Of a stretch of 44,703 nt of DNA, positions 44,404 through 44,703 are shown piece by piece. The notes under the pieces were generated by a model. That model worked only from the letters and a program-made list of their open reading frames with translations. It searched no databases and was not told the DNA's origin. Source of the stretch: Mycobacterium sp. (GTDB lineage Bacteria > Actinomycetota > Actinomycetes > Mycobacteriales > Mycobacteriaceae); contig NZ_JBARMY010000049.1 in NCBI RefSeq assembly GCF_049802695.1, positions 1 through 44,703 on the forward strand, read 5' to 3'. The translations under genes were made by a program, and so were the position numbers. Within the stretch, counting starts at the first letter, position 1, and each line of letters opens with the position of its first letter.

Positions 44404-44703
44404 ATGGCAGTCAGCAGTCGTGAGGAGGTCGTCGCCGCGTTCGACGCGTTTGGCGACGCGGTGTCGGGCTTGGCTGATTTGTCGTTCGAGGCGCTGACCA
44501 CACCGGAACGATTGGCGTTGTTGGAGCGCCTCGAGCACGACTGCCGGCGGCTGCCGGTGGTGCGGCACGCGTTGATCAACGGCGTGCGCGAGCAGGCCAG
44601 CGCGGCGGAGATCGGCGGCAAGCTCTCCCACGTGTTGGCCGACCGGTTGGGTATTGCGCGCAGCGAAGCGCACCGGCGCATCGAGGACGCCGCCGATCTC
44701 GGT
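44404..44703 (+). CDS. DUF222 / REP13E12-family protein (usually with C-terminal HNH), 5' part only
   Basis: Manual translation MAVSSREEVVAAFDAFGDAVSGLADLSFEALTTPERLALLERLEHDCRRLP...LADRLGIARSEAHRRIEDAADLG is the typical 13E12 N-terminus. It runs off the right edge. Confidence 0.9.
   Translation, partial: MAVSSREEVVAAFDAFGDAVSGLADLSFEALTTPERLALLERLEHDCRRLPVVRHALINGVREQASAAEIGGKLSHVLADRLGIARSEAHRRIEDAADLG

Noticed and set aside
43657..44673. 338-aa minus-strand ORF
   Set aside because: It is antisense to both the esterase and the DUF222 gene, which have clear motifs; it has no recognisable domain.
1..44703. CRISPR array, tRNA/rRNA, integrase or IS transposase, att-like direct repeats
   Set aside because: No regularly spaced repeats, RNA-gene signatures or recombinase ORFs were seen by eye. 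The intergenic gaps are short and accounted for.

Overview
High-GC mycobacterial (Mycobacterium/Mycolicibacterium-type) DNA. The left 4.4 kb is core genome: the 5' third of the type I fatty acid synthase gene fas (minus strand, runs off the window edge and is absent from the ORF track), its upstream region with FasR-type operator boxes, and a Tat-exported DUF1906 (Rv2525c-like) gene. From about 4.6 to 44.3 kb lies a densely packed accessory catabolic cluster of 34 genes in alternating divergent operons. It encodes two Rieske oxygenases, two P450s, two ferredoxins, eight acyl-CoA dehydrogenases (four alpha/beta pairs), three acyl-CoA ligases, two class III CoA-transferases, two crotonases, a MaoC pair, three amidohydrolase-fold proteins, SDR/ADH/ALDH/LLM oxidoreductases, an esterase, an NTF2 protein, a CrtC/lipocalin-like protein, a GntR regulator and a TetR-thioesterase fusion. 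The window ends in the 5' part of a DUF222/13E12 gene with an exact PafBC-type promoter. The strongest leads are four. (i) A Rieske ferredoxin plus two amidohydrolase-fold genes looks like a heteromeric dimetal monooxygenase (AibH1H2-like) rather than a hydrolase, and a third such protein is PtmU3-like. (ii) An AT-rich 9-bp tandem motif occurs in all six divergent promoter regions inside the cluster. (iii) The TetR-hotdog fusion is flanked by two related palindromes. (iv) The cluster as a whole suggests a CoA-dependent oxidative pathway for a bulky steroid- or terpenoid-like substrate that I cannot name. All family assignments come from reading motifs by eye and from recalled literature; no searches were run.
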